A stretch of DNA of 64,000 bases from Octopus vulgaris (Eukaryota). The position numbers were made by a program, and so were the translations under genes. Positions within the stretch are counted from its first letter, which is position 1. The number at the start of each line of letters is the position of its first letter. This document shows positions 63,564 to 64,000 of the stretch, piece by piece. The DNA is taken from contig OX597823.1 of assembly GCA_951406725.2 (NCBI GenBank), positions 36,270,001-36,334,000 on the forward strand. The letters run 5' to 3'. Under the pieces are notes generated by a model. The model did no database searches. It was not told where the DNA came from and saw nothing but the letters and a program-made list of their open reading frames with translations.

Positions 63564-64000
63564 CCACTGAAGGAGTGGCTTTTCTGTTGATAAACATTAT
63601 AATTAGCTGTTTGTGTCCACCCTACCACTCAGATTTCCTCTCATTCATATAAATTTTATTTTATTTTCTCTCTATTCTGTAGCATTAGTGCAGACAGTTT
63701 CCTGCTGGGTTATACAGATCATTCAGCCACTACCTATTCTAAATTCAATACCTACTAGAGTCAACCGAATTAAAACAATACATTTACTGTTATTTATTGG
63801 ACTACAGAGTGTGTGTGTGTGTCCAGTGATTTAAGAAACAGTCAATAACTACCAAAATATCATCAAACCTCATGAGTAATATAATTAGGTAATAAGAGAT
63901 GGCAATTAAGTAAACAGATTCTTTATGGTATTCAAAACTCAAGGCCTCATTCTACAGTTTACATCCCAATAGAACTGATATTGTCTAGTGTCATTCCATA

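Noticed and set aside
59260-64000. Search for the PDPK1 start exon and promoter
   Set aside because: No convincing ATG-bearing exon or CpG-rich promoter found; probably beyond the window.

Overview
AT-rich, intron- and repeat-rich animal genomic DNA. The SINE/RTE repertoire and (AT)n/(CA)n microsatellites suggest an octopus/coleoid cephalopod (inference). Two convergent protein-coding genes can be spliced together by eye. (1) The last four coding exons of mitochondrial ATP synthase subunit d (ATP5PD/ATP5H, + strand, 3124-13362; first coding exon not found in the window). (2) Fourteen coding exons of 3-phosphoinositide-dependent protein kinase 1 (PDPK1, - strand, 59184-31108; 1548 nt, frame-continuous, kinase + PH domain; start exon not found). 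The rest is mostly decayed mobile DNA: RTE LINEs, tRNA-derived SINEs, Tc1/mariner/maT, hATm, TTAA MITEs and a Penelope-like remnant. Best leads: a tRNA-headed (Pol III) element carrying a minimal hammerhead ribozyme in a PDPK1 intron; a 10-nt micro-exon candidate in PDPK1 that is phase-equivalent to the 43-nt exon it precedes; a ~430-bp fold-back extending beyond a MITE; and inverted RTE/SINE/Penelope pairs around exons and downstream of the PDPK1 stop. Most ORFs in the supplied track are spurious or TE fragments.
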